A stretch of 64,000 nucleotides of DNA from an uncultured virus (IMG/VR IMGVR_UViG_3300025853_000066). Taxonomy: Duplodnaviria; Heunggongvirae; Uroviricota; Caudoviricetes. Of the stretch, positions 19,325-29,157 are shown piece by piece. The notes under the pieces are model-generated. The model did not search any database and was not told the origin of the DNA. It saw nothing but the letters and a program-made list of their open reading frames with translations. Both the position numbers and the translations under genes were made by a program. How positions within the stretch are numbered: position 1 is the first letter of the stretch; each line of letters begins with the position of its first letter. The stretch lies in the IMG/VR virus record IMGVR_UViG_3300025853_000066, one strand, 5' to 3'.

Positions 19325-20120
19325 ACTTGTATCTTCTATATCAAGAATAGGTCGAACTGAACCGTTTGAATTACAAGTATCGAGAAATCAAATCGCTTAT
19401 CATAAACATGTTTATAAGTTTGGACAAAATGCAGTTGTTGGAGATAGTGTAGAAACTATTTGGGCACAAGGAGGTTTATATTCTTACCCACCAAGTGCAA
19501 CTACTATGACAGTATCAAGTTCAGATGTAAATGATACGTCAGCAGGAACAGGTGCAAGAACAGTTTTAATTTCTGGATTAGACGGAGATTATAATGAAAT
19601 TTCTGAAACAATAACTATGAATGGTCAAACGGCTGTTACGACTACTAATTCATTTCTACGAGTAAACAGAGCAATAGTTTTAACCGCAGGAAGTGGCGAG
19701 GCAAACGCAGGAATTATTTATGTAGGAACAGGAACAGTGACGACAGGTGTACCTGCAAATATTTACACTACAATTAATGGAGACGGAACTAATCAAACAC
19801 TTCAAGCTTTTTGGACTGTACCAGCTAACTACACTGCTTATATTCATCAAACAAATATCTCAACAGGGAATAGTTCAAATACTCCTGCTGTTTTAAAAAC
19901 TTTGTTAGTGGCAAGACCACAGGGTGGAGTATTTAACACAAAAGAAGTAATTGTACTAACAGACGGGAATCATCTACAGATGTATAGTTTTCCAATTAAA
20001 TTAACCGAGAAAACAGATATAGAGTTTAGAGCTGTATCTAGTTCGGCTTCTGTAAGTTTTAATGTGTCTGCGTCTATCAGTATTTTATATATTATAAATA
20101 ATCCTGATATCACAACTTAA
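19317..20120 (+). CDS. conserved phage beta-rich protein, possibly structural
   Basis: KFG.N..V...ETIW..GG.Y.YP..SS...D...GTGART motif recurrent in aquatic phages. Confidence 0.55.
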   Translation: MTKLVSSISRIGRTEPFELQVSRNQIAYHKHVYKFGQNAVVGDSVETIWAQGGLYSYPPSATTMTVSSSDVNDTSAGTGARTVLISGLDGDYNEISETITMNGQTAVTTTNSFLRVNRAIVLTAGSGEANAGIIYVGTGTVTTGVPANIYTTINGDGTNQTLQAFWTVPANYTAYIHQTNISTGNSSNTPAVLKTLLVARPQGGVFNTKEVIVLTDGNHLQMYSFPIKLTEKTDIEFRAVSSSASVSFNVSASISILYIINNPDITT

Positions 20121-21592
20121 ATCCACTCTTTCCAATTATCCCCTGTAATACTATCTGCTAAAGATTTTTTATTTCTTAACGCTTCAAATATTTTTTCATC
20201 AATAGTCTTAGGAGTTACGAAGTCAATATAAGTAACTTTATTCGTTTGGCCAATTCTATGAGGTCGATCTTCCGACTGTAATCGTACTTCTAAATCATAA
20301 CTATTCGCATAATAAATAACAGTAGTGGCGTTAGTTAAAGTTAATCCATAACCACCTGTTCTAGGTTGTCCTATAAAGTAATCTATTTCACCAGCTTGGA
20401 ATTGAGTTACTATTTCCTGTCTATCTTCCGATTTAGTATCTCCATAATAAGTGGCGCAAGTTTTATTTTTCATATGTTTTTTAATTGCATTTTCTATATC
20501 ATGAATAGATCGAGTATAGTTAGACCAGATAATAACTTGACCTTCTGTTTCTTCTAATACTTGAAGTAATTCTTCTATTCGAGGATTAACTTTATCTATT
20601 TCTTCTTCTCTTCCGTCATCATACTTTACGAAGCCACACATAATCTGTTGCAGTCTTAATAATCGTGTAATAACAAGAGGTGCTGTTACAGACTTTTCTT
20701 CCGATAATTCAATATATGCTTTTTTCTTTAAGATGTCATATATTTTTTTCTGTTTCGGAGTCATTTCAATTTCTCTTTTTGTATAAACTTTATCTGGTAA
20801 ATCTAAGCATTCAGCTTTCGTTACACGATAGGAGTACGGTTTTAAGATATCTTGTAGTTCATCTAAGTTCTGATAATCTACGATTTCGTCAAACGTTCTC
20901 ATATTAATAGTTCGCCTTCTTAGAACACAGTAACGATTACGAAAGCCATAGAAAGAAGATTGTAAAATATTATCGGAAAGAAAAGACATCTGAGTATAGA
21001 TATCGATTGGACCTGCAGTTACGGGTGTTCCTGTTAATATTCTACGATACTTTGCCATATTCGCAAGCTTTAATAAGTTCTTTGTTCTTCGAGCAGTCTT
21101 ATGCTTTATTGTTGATGATTCATCAATCACGACCATAGACTTATGAACATTTAAAAATCGTTGTGTATAGTGAAGTCCTTTTAATGTACTAAAAGCTTCT
21201 ATATTAATAATAAAGACTTTAAGACCGTTATGATTAGATTTCATAAACTCCGTTAATCGTTCTATATTCTTTTTCGTTTCAATAGGATTCCATATTTCCA
21301 TGTAGATAGAATCAAGGACATCATCAGGCATATGAATAGGTATTTCTTGCTTTAGCCAATTTCGATAAACACCTTTAGGTGCTACAATAACTGCACTATC
21401 AATACTGCCTTTTCTTGCAAGATGAGTTATCGTGTCTACAATAACTTTTGATTTACCTGTACCTTGCTCCATAAAAAGAGCGTAATATTCTTCATCACGA
21501 GAAGTTTTAAAGACGTCCCATTGATGTTTAAATGGTTTCGTCTTATATTTATAATCTATAAATTCATTATCACTAAAAGATACTTGCGTCAT
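20117..21592 (-). CDS. SNF2-family (SF2) helicase
   Basis: EQGTGKS Walker A, IDES Walker B, LTGTP, QSEDRPHRIGQ motif VI. Confidence 0.9.
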   Translation of the reverse strand: MTQVSFSDNEFIDYKYKTKPFKHQWDVFKTSRDEEYYALFMEQGTGKSKVIVDTITHLARKGSIDSAVIVAPKGVYRNWLKQEIPIHMPDDVLDSIYMEIWNPIETKKNIERLTEFMKSNHNGLKVFIINIEAFSTLKGLHYTQRFLNVHKSMVVIDESSTIKHKTARRTKNLLKLANMAKYRRILTGTPVTAGPIDIYTQMSFLSDNILQSSFYGFRNRYCVLRRRTINMRTFDEIVDYQNLDELQDILKPYSYRVTKAECLDLPDKVYTKREIEMTPKQKKIYDILKKKAYIELSEEKSVTAPLVITRLLRLQQIMCGFVKYDDGREEEIDKVNPRIEELLQVLEETEGQVIIWSNYTRSIHDIENAIKKHMKNKTCATYYGDTKSEDRQEIVTQFQAGEIDYFIGQPRTGGYGLTLTNATTVIYYANSYDLEVRLQSEDRPHRIGQTNKVTYIDFVTPKTIDEKIFEALRNKKSLADSITGDNWKEWI

Positions 21593-21662
21593 TTTATAAT
21601 TCTTTCTGTATACTTTATTAAATTATTTTATATTATATCGAAAAATAAGAAAGGAGAAACAA
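21593..21662. promoter_or_regulatory. divergent promoter region (helicase / replication operon)
   Basis: 70-bp AT-rich gap between divergent genes with TATTAT/TATAAT-like boxes and an AAGGAG RBS. Confidence 0.55.
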
Positions 21663-22001
21663 ATGAGTTCGAGAGTATTTATAGTACAAGAGAATCCATC
21701 GGTGAACGTTTTACCTGCCGCACGATTCGGTGAACTAGATGTTATCTTTCCTTTCGGAAGTCAAATTGTATTTTCATCTAATCTAGCAGTGAACGCTGTA
21801 CGGAAAAAGTTAAAAGACTTTACAGATGAAGATTATATATTAGCTATGGGAGACCCGGCGGCAATCGCTATAACGGCCATGGTGGCCGGTGAAATTAATA
21901 ATGGCTATATGAAATTACTGAAATGGGATAAGCAAACGAAAGCTTATTATTCAGTATCAATTGACTTATTCGGAAGAAAGGAGAAAGACAATGTCAACTG
22001 A
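21663..22001 (+). CDS. conserved phage hypothetical protein
   Basis: A.RFGEL..DYILAMGDPAAI..LLKWD motif; strong RBS. Confidence 0.6.
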   Translation: MSSRVFIVQENPSVNVLPAARFGELDVIFPFGSQIVFSSNLAVNAVRKKLKDFTDEDYILAMGDPAAIAITAMVAGEINNGYMKLLKWDKQTKAYYSVSIDLFGRKEKDNVN

Positions 22002-22572
22002 AATATTTAGTAGTCTTGAAGAAGATGCTAAACAACAACGTGAGATACCGACAGATGAAAAGTTAGGAAAACTAAATTTAGTTTGTCGTAAACTCGTAGA
22101 AAAGGAACGTCAGTATGCTGAGTATAAAACTTTAGCTAGTCAAACATATGAAGAAATTAAAGATGTTAAAGAAAAAGAAATACCAGATGTAATGGCGTCT
22201 TTAAATATTAGTAAGTTCGTTATGGACGATGGCACAGAAATTGCTATCAAAGATGAACTATATGCTAGTATTAAAAAGGAAAAAGAAAAAGAAGCTTTAG
22301 GCTGGCTTGACGATAACGGTTTAGGAGATATTATTAAACATGATATAACTTTATCGTTTGCTCGTGGTGAACACGAGGAAGCTGAAAGGATTAAAGGAAT
22401 ATTGAAAGAAAATGGTCAAGATAACTATGACGAAAAAGCTTCAGTACATCCTCAAACTTTAAAAGCTACTTTTAAAGACCTTCGAAATAAAGGAGAAGAT
22501 ATACCAGAAGAATTATTTAATTGGTATGAAACACCTTTAGCGAAAGTAAAATTATCGAAAGGAGAAAAATAA
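21991..22572 (+). CDS. conserved phage replication-region protein
   Basis: EIPDVM..WL..NG.GDIIK..VHPQTLKA motif; ATG at 21991 with AAGGAG RBS. Confidence 0.6.
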   Translation: MSTEIFSSLEEDAKQQREIPTDEKLGKLNLVCRKLVEKERQYAEYKTLASQTYEEIKDVKEKEIPDVMASLNISKFVMDDGTEIAIKDELYASIKKEKEKEALGWLDDNGLGDIIKHDITLSFARGEHEEAERIKGILKENGQDNYDEKASVHPQTLKATFKDLRNKGEDIPEELFNWYETPLAKVKLSKGEK

Positions 22573-22576
22573 CGAT

Positions 22577-23338
22577 ATGTCAGAAGAAAAGCAAGTTGTT
22601 AAAAAAGAAACAACAAATGTAATACTAGCTGAATTAGCAGATCAAATTATAGCTGATGCTGGTAAAGGACTTCAGAACGTAAAAACTGAAGATATGAGTA
22701 TTCCAAGATTGGCGATTGTTCAATCAGGAAGCCCTCAAAGGAAGAAGAAAGACGATAAGTATATAGAAGGTGCTGAAGAAGGTCATATCTTCAATACAGT
22801 TACTAAAAAACTATATACAGGGTCGATTAAAGTTGTTCCTTGTGAATTTATGAAATCTTACGTAGAGTGGGTTCCAAGAGAAAAAGGTGGTGGATTAGTT
22901 CAATCACACGAAGATAGACCTTCCGATCTAACGAAAAATGAGAACGGTCGCTTTGTACTTCCGAATGGAAATGAAATTGCTGATACCGCAGACCATTACG
23001 TTATGGTTATTAATGAAGATGGTAGCTACGACCCTGCTGTAATGTCGATGACTGGATCTCTTTTATCCGTTTCTAGAAACTGGTTAACGAGAATGAAGTT
23101 ACAAAAAGAAGTAGTAAATGGTAAAATGATTGAACCTCCTACTTTTTATTACTCATGGGAAATCTCTACAAGAGAGAAAGATAATGATAAAGGTTCATGG
23201 TTCGTCTATAACGTAGGAGAACCTGCGCCTATTACTAACGCAAATTTATATAAAGATGCGAAAGCTTTATCGGAATCTATTAAAAGAGGTGAGAAAAAAG
23301 CTGCAGCAGTAGAAGATGGCGATGACATTCCATTCTAA
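22577..23338 (+). CDS. single-stranded DNA-binding protein-like
   Basis: Acidic DDIPF C-terminal tail; located upstream of the primase. Confidence 0.65.
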   Translation: MSEEKQVVKKETTNVILAELADQIIADAGKGLQNVKTEDMSIPRLAIVQSGSPQRKKKDDKYIEGAEEGHIFNTVTKKLYTGSIKVVPCEFMKSYVEWVPREKGGGLVQSHEDRPSDLTKNENGRFVLPNGNEIADTADHYVMVINEDGSYDPAVMSMTGSLLSVSRNWLTRMKLQKEVVNGKMIEPPTFYYSWEISTREKDNDKGSWFVYNVGEPAPITNANLYKDAKALSESIKRGEKKAAAVEDGDDIPF

Positions 23339-24852
23339 TGCTAGCAGAAAATTTTTATAATTTATTTAGTGGTTTAGACCGTGCTTACGGCAGATATGAT
23401 TTAGATACAGATCAGTCTGGCGTAAAGCGGTCTGGTACAGCAAGAACAATAGCTGAAAAGCTGACGTTACAGCAATGGGAACTACATCTTGAAGGAAAGC
23501 AAGGCCTGGGTGTAGTTCCTATTCGTGATGACGCAAAAGTTTTATGGGGAGCGATTGATATTGATGAATACGATTTAGATGTAGATACGTTATCAAAGAG
23601 TCTAGGAACATCCCCTTTTATACCTTGTTTAACTAAATCAGGTGGAATACACCTTTATGTTTTCTTTAAGAAAGCTACATCAGCAAAACTTGTAGTTAAT
23701 AAACTAAGAGAGATTACATCAGCGTTAGGAAAACCTAGTGCTGAAATATTTCCTAAACAAATAAAATTAGTTACTGATCGAGGAGATGTAGGAAACTGGA
23801 TCAATATGCCTTACTTTGGTGGAAATAGAACGACACGATATGCAATCTATAATGGAGAACATATAACTAATCCTGAAGATTTTCTTAAACTAGCTGACAT
23901 TCGAAAGATAGATAGTGTTGATGAAATAAAAATTCCACAACTTAAAGAGCAAGATAAGAAATTATTACCAGATGGTCCTCCTTGTTTAAAGTATTTACTT
24001 CAGCATGGAATACCAGAAGGAACGAGAAATAATTCATTATATAATGTTGGAGTATATTTAAAGAAAGCGCATCCTGACGAATGGGAAGAAAAGATTGAAG
24101 AATACAATCATAAGTATATTGAGCCTCCGTTAAAATCTAAAGAAGTACAGACGATTATTAAATCTTTAGAAAAGAAAGAATACAACTATATGTGCTCTGA
24201 GCAACCCATTAATGCTTTTTGTAATAAACCAGTTTGTCTAACTTGTAAATTCGGTATAAGCGATCATGGAAATTTACCTGCGATTAGTGGAATTACTAAA
24301 ATTAATACTGATCCACCAACTTATTTCGTTACAGTAAACGACCATCGAATTGGCCCTATTGATAGCTTAGAAATTATTAATCAGAAGAACTTTCAAAGGG
24401 TCGTATTTGAGAATATGAATACGTTAATGCCTATCGTAGCACAACCCTTATGGCTTGAAACGATTAATGAATTAATGGAAAAAATGGAGATTGTTGAAGT
24501 AAATTCCGATAGTTCAAATAGAGGAAGATTGTTAGAATTATGCGAAAGGTTTTGTACAGGAAGCACTTCTTCTGATATAATTGAAGATCTATTAAGAGGT
24601 CATGCGGTAACGCAAGATAACTTAACGATGTTTAGAATTAATGATTTTATGGAATTCTTAGAAAAACATAGATTTAAAGAATTTAAGTTACATGAAGTAA
24701 CTGCTCATTTAAAAGAATTTGGTGCTGAACATTTAACGAAAAAGATTAAAGGAAAACATGTAAATCTTTGGTCAATGGCTAAGTTTGAACGTCAAGAAGA
24801 AGAATTTACAAAACCTGAAATTAAAACAGAAGATGAGGAAATAGTTTTTTAA
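23338..24852 (+). CDS. archaeo-eukaryotic-type primase with PriCT-like domain
   Basis: IDID motif, TKSGG.H, GNWINMPY; PPC..EG.RNN PriCT-like segment. Confidence 0.8.
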   Translation: MLAENFYNLFSGLDRAYGRYDLDTDQSGVKRSGTARTIAEKLTLQQWELHLEGKQGLGVVPIRDDAKVLWGAIDIDEYDLDVDTLSKSLGTSPFIPCLTKSGGIHLYVFFKKATSAKLVVNKLREITSALGKPSAEIFPKQIKLVTDRGDVGNWINMPYFGGNRTTRYAIYNGEHITNPEDFLKLADIRKIDSVDEIKIPQLKEQDKKLLPDGPPCLKYLLQHGIPEGTRNNSLYNVGVYLKKAHPDEWEEKIEEYNHKYIEPPLKSKEVQTIIKSLEKKEYNYMCSEQPINAFCNKPVCLTCKFGISDHGNLPAISGITKINTDPPTYFVTVNDHRIGPIDSLEIINQKNFQRVVFENMNTLMPIVAQPLWLETINELMEKMEIVEVNSDSSNRGRLLELCERFCTGSTSSDIIEDLLRGHAVTQDNLTMFRINDFMEFLEKHRFKEFKLHEVTAHLKEFGAEHLTKKIKGKHVNLWSMAKFERQEEEFTKPEIKTEDEEIVF

Positions 24853-24998
24853 TGGAAAAATGTAATAAATGTGGCTGTGATTGTCATAAAGAAAGTACTT
24901 GCATGTGCGAATGTGCAATCTGTAATTGTAATAATTGTCAACCAAAAAAAGATACTACTGTTAATGTAACAGGAATATCGTTAAACGTTAAACAATGA
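24852..24998 (+). CDS. cysteine-rich metallothionein-like peptide, 48 aa (not in ORF track)
   Basis: MEKCNKCGCDCHKESTCMCECAICNCNNCQPKK..; 10 Cys in the first 29 aa; TAATG coupling to the primase. Confidence 0.65.
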   Translation: MEKCNKCGCDCHKESTCMCECAICNCNNCQPKKDTTVNVTGISLNVKQ

Positions 24999-25126
24999 AA
25001 AAAGGTTTATGGGCAAACATTCATGCTAAAAGAAAGCGTGGAGAAAAAATGAGAAAGAAAGGAGCGAAAGGTGCGCCTACTAAAAAAGCTTTTGAAAAAG
25101 CTAAAGCAAGTTCTAAAAAGAAATAA
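24995..25126 (+). CDS. small basic protein, 43 aa (not in ORF track)
   Basis: MKKGLWANIHAKRKRGEKMRKKGAKGAPT..; recurrent phage small-protein motif; ATGA coupling. Confidence 0.7.
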   Translation: MKKGLWANIHAKRKRGEKMRKKGAKGAPTKKAFEKAKASSKKK

Positions 25127-25131
25127 AGAAG

Positions 25132-25218
25132 ATGAACACGCTAGACATTGGGGAATTGGATCCTAATATCTGTCCAATCTGTCAATTAGATATTGATGAA
25201 GATTGTTTGTGTTTATAA
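25132..25218 (+). CDS. 28-aa CxxC/CxC peptide (not in ORF track)
   Basis: MNTLDIGELDPNICPICQLDIDEDCLCL fills the gap before the exonuclease. Confidence 0.4.
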   Translation: MNTLDIGELDPNICPICQLDIDEDCLCL

Positions 25219-25233
25219 AGGAAAGGAAATGTT

Positions 25234-26016
25234 TTGTATTTATTTTTTGACACTGAAACAAACGGATTATGGCGTAGAGATTTAGAAGCCAATGATCCAA
25301 ATCAACCTCACTTAGTACAAATAGCTGCACAGTTAGTAGATGAAGATGAAAAAGTTGTTAATCAATATTCAATGCTCATTCGACCAGAAGGTTGGAGCAT
25401 TCCTAAAGATGCTGAAGATATTCATGGAATCTCCAATGAGAAGGCAACTACTTATGGTGTACCTCTTGTTAGTGCCCTCTCTGTGTTTAATTCTATGGCA
25501 GCTTCGGCTCACACACTTGTCGCACACAACTTAGCTTTTGACTTGCAAATTATTGCAAGAGATTTTTTATATTTAAAGAAACCCTTTCGTCAACCTAAAG
25601 ACTTACATTGTACTATGATGAGTACAAAAGATATTTTAAAATTAGAGAGCGATTTTGATGACTATAAGTTTCCTAAGTTAATTGAAACTTATGAACACTT
25701 TTTTAATGTAGGATATTTCGATTGGCACGATGCTTTAGCTGACGTTCAAGTATGTCGAATTATTTATTTTCATTTAAAAAATCAAGGAATTGAATTAAAA
25801 GCCCCACGACAGCTTCCTAAAAAGCTGTTAAAAGTAATGAATAATGACGATTATGAAGAACTAATCGGTTTAATTTCTAAAATAAATAGAGATAATATAA
25901 GCGAGTGGGAGAGTAATTTTCTCAAAGATCAAGAAGAAAGAATAGAGAAGTATAAAGAGAAAGTTATGATCTCCGATAAACAAATGAATATTATTAGGAG
26001 AATGACAGAAAAATGA
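25234..26016 (+). CDS. DnaQ-like (DEDDh) 3'-5' exonuclease
   Basis: FFDTET, AHNLAFD and HDALAD motifs. Confidence 0.9.
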   Translation: MYLFFDTETNGLWRRDLEANDPNQPHLVQIAAQLVDEDEKVVNQYSMLIRPEGWSIPKDAEDIHGISNEKATTYGVPLVSALSVFNSMAASAHTLVAHNLAFDLQIIARDFLYLKKPFRQPKDLHCTMMSTKDILKLESDFDDYKFPKLIETYEHFFNVGYFDWHDALADVQVCRIIYFHLKNQGIELKAPRQLPKKLLKVMNNDDYEELIGLISKINRDNISEWESNFLKDQEERIEKYKEKVMISDKQMNIIRRMTEK

Positions 26017-26963
26017 AAAGAATCGTTGTAACCGGAGCAACTGGATTTCTAGGAAGAAATCTATGTGAGAAGTTATTGGAACAAGGACATCAAGTTATTG
26101 GTGTGGATAATCATTTAACAGGAAGTGAATCTAATATCTTAGATGAAGATAATTACAGTTTTTATGAAGCTGATATCGTTAAAGATGATTTATCAATGCT
26201 TCTTCGAGAACACAATAAAGAAGGAATACATTATATTTATAACTTAGCATGTCCCGCATCACCCGATCACTATAAAACTCATGCGTTTCAAACTTTAGAA
26301 GTTTGTTATAACGGAACTAAAAACATGATTCAGTATGCGTTAGAACAGGGAAATGTTCGTATGCTTCATACTTCGACAAGTGAAGTATATGGAGACCCTC
26401 AAACAGATGATCAAAAAGAAACGTATTGGGGAAATGTAAATTCTTTTGGACCTCGTGCTTGTTATGATGAAGGTAAAAGAGTTGCGGAAGCTTTAATCTA
26501 TGAATCAATAAATAAATTAAAATCAAATATAGGAATCGCAAGAATCTTTAATACTTACGGTCCATACATGGCGATTAATGATGGTAGAGTAATATCGAAT
26601 TTTATTACTCAAGGTTTACAGGGTAATCATCTTATCATATACGGTGGTGGTTTTCAATCTAGATCTTTTTGCTATGTTGATGATACAATAGAAGGTTTAA
26701 TTCGAATCTGTGAAAGCGACTATAAAGAAATATTTAATGTAGGAAATCCTGATCGTTATTCTATTGTAGAGATAGCAGAAGTAATCGCTGAAAAGACTGA
26801 CGCACCGGGTTGGAAAAACGATGCTCCTTCACCTGACGATCCAATGCATCGAAAGCCTAACATAGATAAAATTCAACATTACTTAGGTTGGACTCCTCAA
26901 GTAAAACTAAATCAAGGATTAGATGACACGATAGAATATTTTAAGCATGCTCTCGAAAGATAA
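26013..26963 (+). CDS. uxs: UDP-glucuronate decarboxylase (UDP-xylose synthase)-like SDR
   Basis: TGATGFLG, NLACPASP.HY, STSEVYGDP, YWGNVN..GPRACYDEGKR.AE and RIFNTYGP.M..DGRV.SNF are UXS signature motifs. Confidence 0.85.
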   Translation: MKRIVVTGATGFLGRNLCEKLLEQGHQVIGVDNHLTGSESNILDEDNYSFYEADIVKDDLSMLLREHNKEGIHYIYNLACPASPDHYKTHAFQTLEVCYNGTKNMIQYALEQGNVRMLHTSTSEVYGDPQTDDQKETYWGNVNSFGPRACYDEGKRVAEALIYESINKLKSNIGIARIFNTYGPYMAINDGRVISNFITQGLQGNHLIIYGGGFQSRSFCYVDDTIEGLIRICESDYKEIFNVGNPDRYSIVEIAEVIAEKTDAPGWKNDAPSPDDPMHRKPNIDKIQHYLGWTPQVKLNQGLDDTIEYFKHALER

Positions 26964-28461
26964 AACTAAAATAATTTTAGGTCCGCCTGGTACGGGTAAA
27001 ACCACTACATTATTAAATATTTTAGAAGAAGAAATAGAAAGTGGTATATCACCAGAACGTATTGGCTTCGTGTCATTTACTAGAAGAGCGATTAAAGAAG
27101 CGAGAGATAGAACATTAGAAAAGTTTAAAGAGATTGATAAAGATCAATTAGATTATTTTAGAACACTTCATAGCTTATGTTTTAGATCTCTCGGTCTTAA
27201 TAGTGAAAGAATATTTAAAGGTCTACACGTTATGGAATTTAAAAAGATACTTCGAATCGATATGACAGGCGATGTTGATGAAGAACAAATTGTAAATAAC
27301 GGAGCAAGTTTAGGAGATCGTATGTTATTTTGCGATCAATTAGCTAGGGCAAAGATGTGCCCTTTAAAAGACACGTGGCAAAATTTAAAATGTAATTATT
27401 CGTGGGAAGAACAAAAACTATTTTCCGATACTCTTGTTGATTTTAAAATGAAACGAAATCTTCTTGACTTTACTGATATGCTAAGTTCTTTTCTAGAATC
27501 GGAATATAATCCTGATATTGATATTTTATTTGTTGATGAAGCGCAGGATTTAACGAAACTACAATGGAAAGTTATTGATAAGCTATCGAGTGTCGTTAAA
27601 AAGATTTATATAGCAGGAGATGATGATCAAGCTATTTATAAATGGGCAGGAGCTGACGTAGATACTTTTCTTAATCTTGATGGTGAGATTCGAACACTGC
27701 CGTTTAGTTATCGATTAAAGAAACGAGTTTTTGATTTAGCGAATCAAGTTACAAAAAGAATTGTAAATAGATACGATAAAAATTGGTCTAGTTCAGAGGA
27801 ACAGGGATCAGTAAACTATATTGAATCTTATGAATATGCAAATATGGCAGAAGGAAGTTGGCTTATTTTAGCTAGAAATAATTATCAATTATATCCAATA
27901 GAAAAATATTTAAAGCAGAAAGGATATGTATTTGAAAGAAAGTTTGGTGGCTTTAGAGCGAACAAACACGTGATAGCAATTAGAACTTGGTTAGATTTAA
28001 TTGAAGGAAAAGAAATACCTTACGATTCAATTATGAAGCTTTATAGTTGTATGAGAACAGGAGAAGGAATTACTCGAGGATTTAAAAACGGAAACAGTTT
28101 AGATAAAGAGAAAACTTATACATATAAAGAATTAAAAGATAATCATGGACTTATCGCAATGGGTAAATGGGAAGAAGCTTTAACTTTAATTCCTGATGAC
28201 GATAAATATTACTATCAAGCTTTAGAAAAGACAGGAGATCTTTTTTATAATGAACCGAGAATACGATTAAGCACTATACATGGAAGTAAAGGTGCGGAAG
28301 CTGAGAATGTAATGCTTCTCACTGACGTATCGTATGCTACTTGGAAGAACATAAATGATCAATCTGATGATGAACATCGTGTCTTTTATGTAGGAATTAC
28401 TCGAGCAAAGAATAACTTATATATAGTAAACCCACAAGGATTATATAGTTACCCGATATGA
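26947..28461 (+). CDS. UvrD/Rep-like SF1 helicase
   Basis: GPPGTGKT, VDEAQD, GDDDQAIY, STIHGSKG.E, YVGITRA. Confidence 0.9.
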   Translation: MLSKDKTKIILGPPGTGKTTTLLNILEEEIESGISPERIGFVSFTRRAIKEARDRTLEKFKEIDKDQLDYFRTLHSLCFRSLGLNSERIFKGLHVMEFKKILRIDMTGDVDEEQIVNNGASLGDRMLFCDQLARAKMCPLKDTWQNLKCNYSWEEQKLFSDTLVDFKMKRNLLDFTDMLSSFLESEYNPDIDILFVDEAQDLTKLQWKVIDKLSSVVKKIYIAGDDDQAIYKWAGADVDTFLNLDGEIRTLPFSYRLKKRVFDLANQVTKRIVNRYDKNWSSSEEQGSVNYIESYEYANMAEGSWLILARNNYQLYPIEKYLKQKGYVFERKFGGFRANKHVIAIRTWLDLIEGKEIPYDSIMKLYSCMRTGEGITRGFKNGNSLDKEKTYTYKELKDNHGLIAMGKWEEALTLIPDDDKYYYQALEKTGDLFYNEPRIRLSTIHGSKGAEAENVMLLTDVSYATWKNINDQSDDEHRVFYVGITRAKNNLYIVNPQGLYSYPI

Positions 28462-29105
28462 AAACAAATAAAGAAATTCTAGATTTATTTTTAGAAAGGT
28501 GTGATTCAGAAATCTACGAAGAACCCTACTCAAATATGCATGATAATGTACTGAAGCAACAAGCTGATTTATTTTTAGCTGATTTAAATATTATGAAAGA
28601 AGATAAAATCGTTGACGTAGGATGTGGTTTTGGATTATTTCAACAGTACTTACATGAGAAAGGATATTCTAATACACTAGGAATTACAAAAGCTGAAAAA
28701 GATATTGATAATTTAATTAAGACAGATACTCCTTATCGAACTGCTGATATTACATTTACAGGATTAGATAGTAATTATACAGATCATATATGGTGTCGTC
28801 ATTGTATTGAACATAGTCCTTTTCCCTATTTAACGTTTTTAGAATTTAATCGTATTATGAAAATAGGAGGCTTTCTTTATTTAGAAATGCCTGCGCCTGA
28901 TCAACCGGCGATTCAAGAACATAAAAGGAATCATTATTCTGTTCTTCCAAAAGAAATGTGGGCAAGCTTATTACTTCGTTCCGGTTTTAAAATTTTAAAA
29001 TTTGGAGGGATAGATATGAAATTAAAACGACCAGATGAAGATGAGTATTCAGAAAAGTGGTACTACTATATATCACAAAAAATTGAAGAAAAATCTTTGT
29101 TTTAA
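28458..29105 (+). CDS. class I SAM-dependent methyltransferase
   Basis: VDVGCGFG motif I; HCIEH..EFNRIMKIGG. Confidence 0.8.
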   Translation: MKTNKEILDLFLERCDSEIYEEPYSNMHDNVLKQQADLFLADLNIMKEDKIVDVGCGFGLFQQYLHEKGYSNTLGITKAEKDIDNLIKTDTPYRTADITFTGLDSNYTDHIWCRHCIEHSPFPYLTFLEFNRIMKIGGFLYLEMPAPDQPAIQEHKRNHYSVLPKEMWASLLLRSGFKILKFGGIDMKLKRPDEDEYSEKWYYYISQKIEEKSLF

Positions 29106-29157
29106 ATGCGAAATAAGTTATTATTATTCTAATTAGAAAGGAGCACGATTTTATAAC

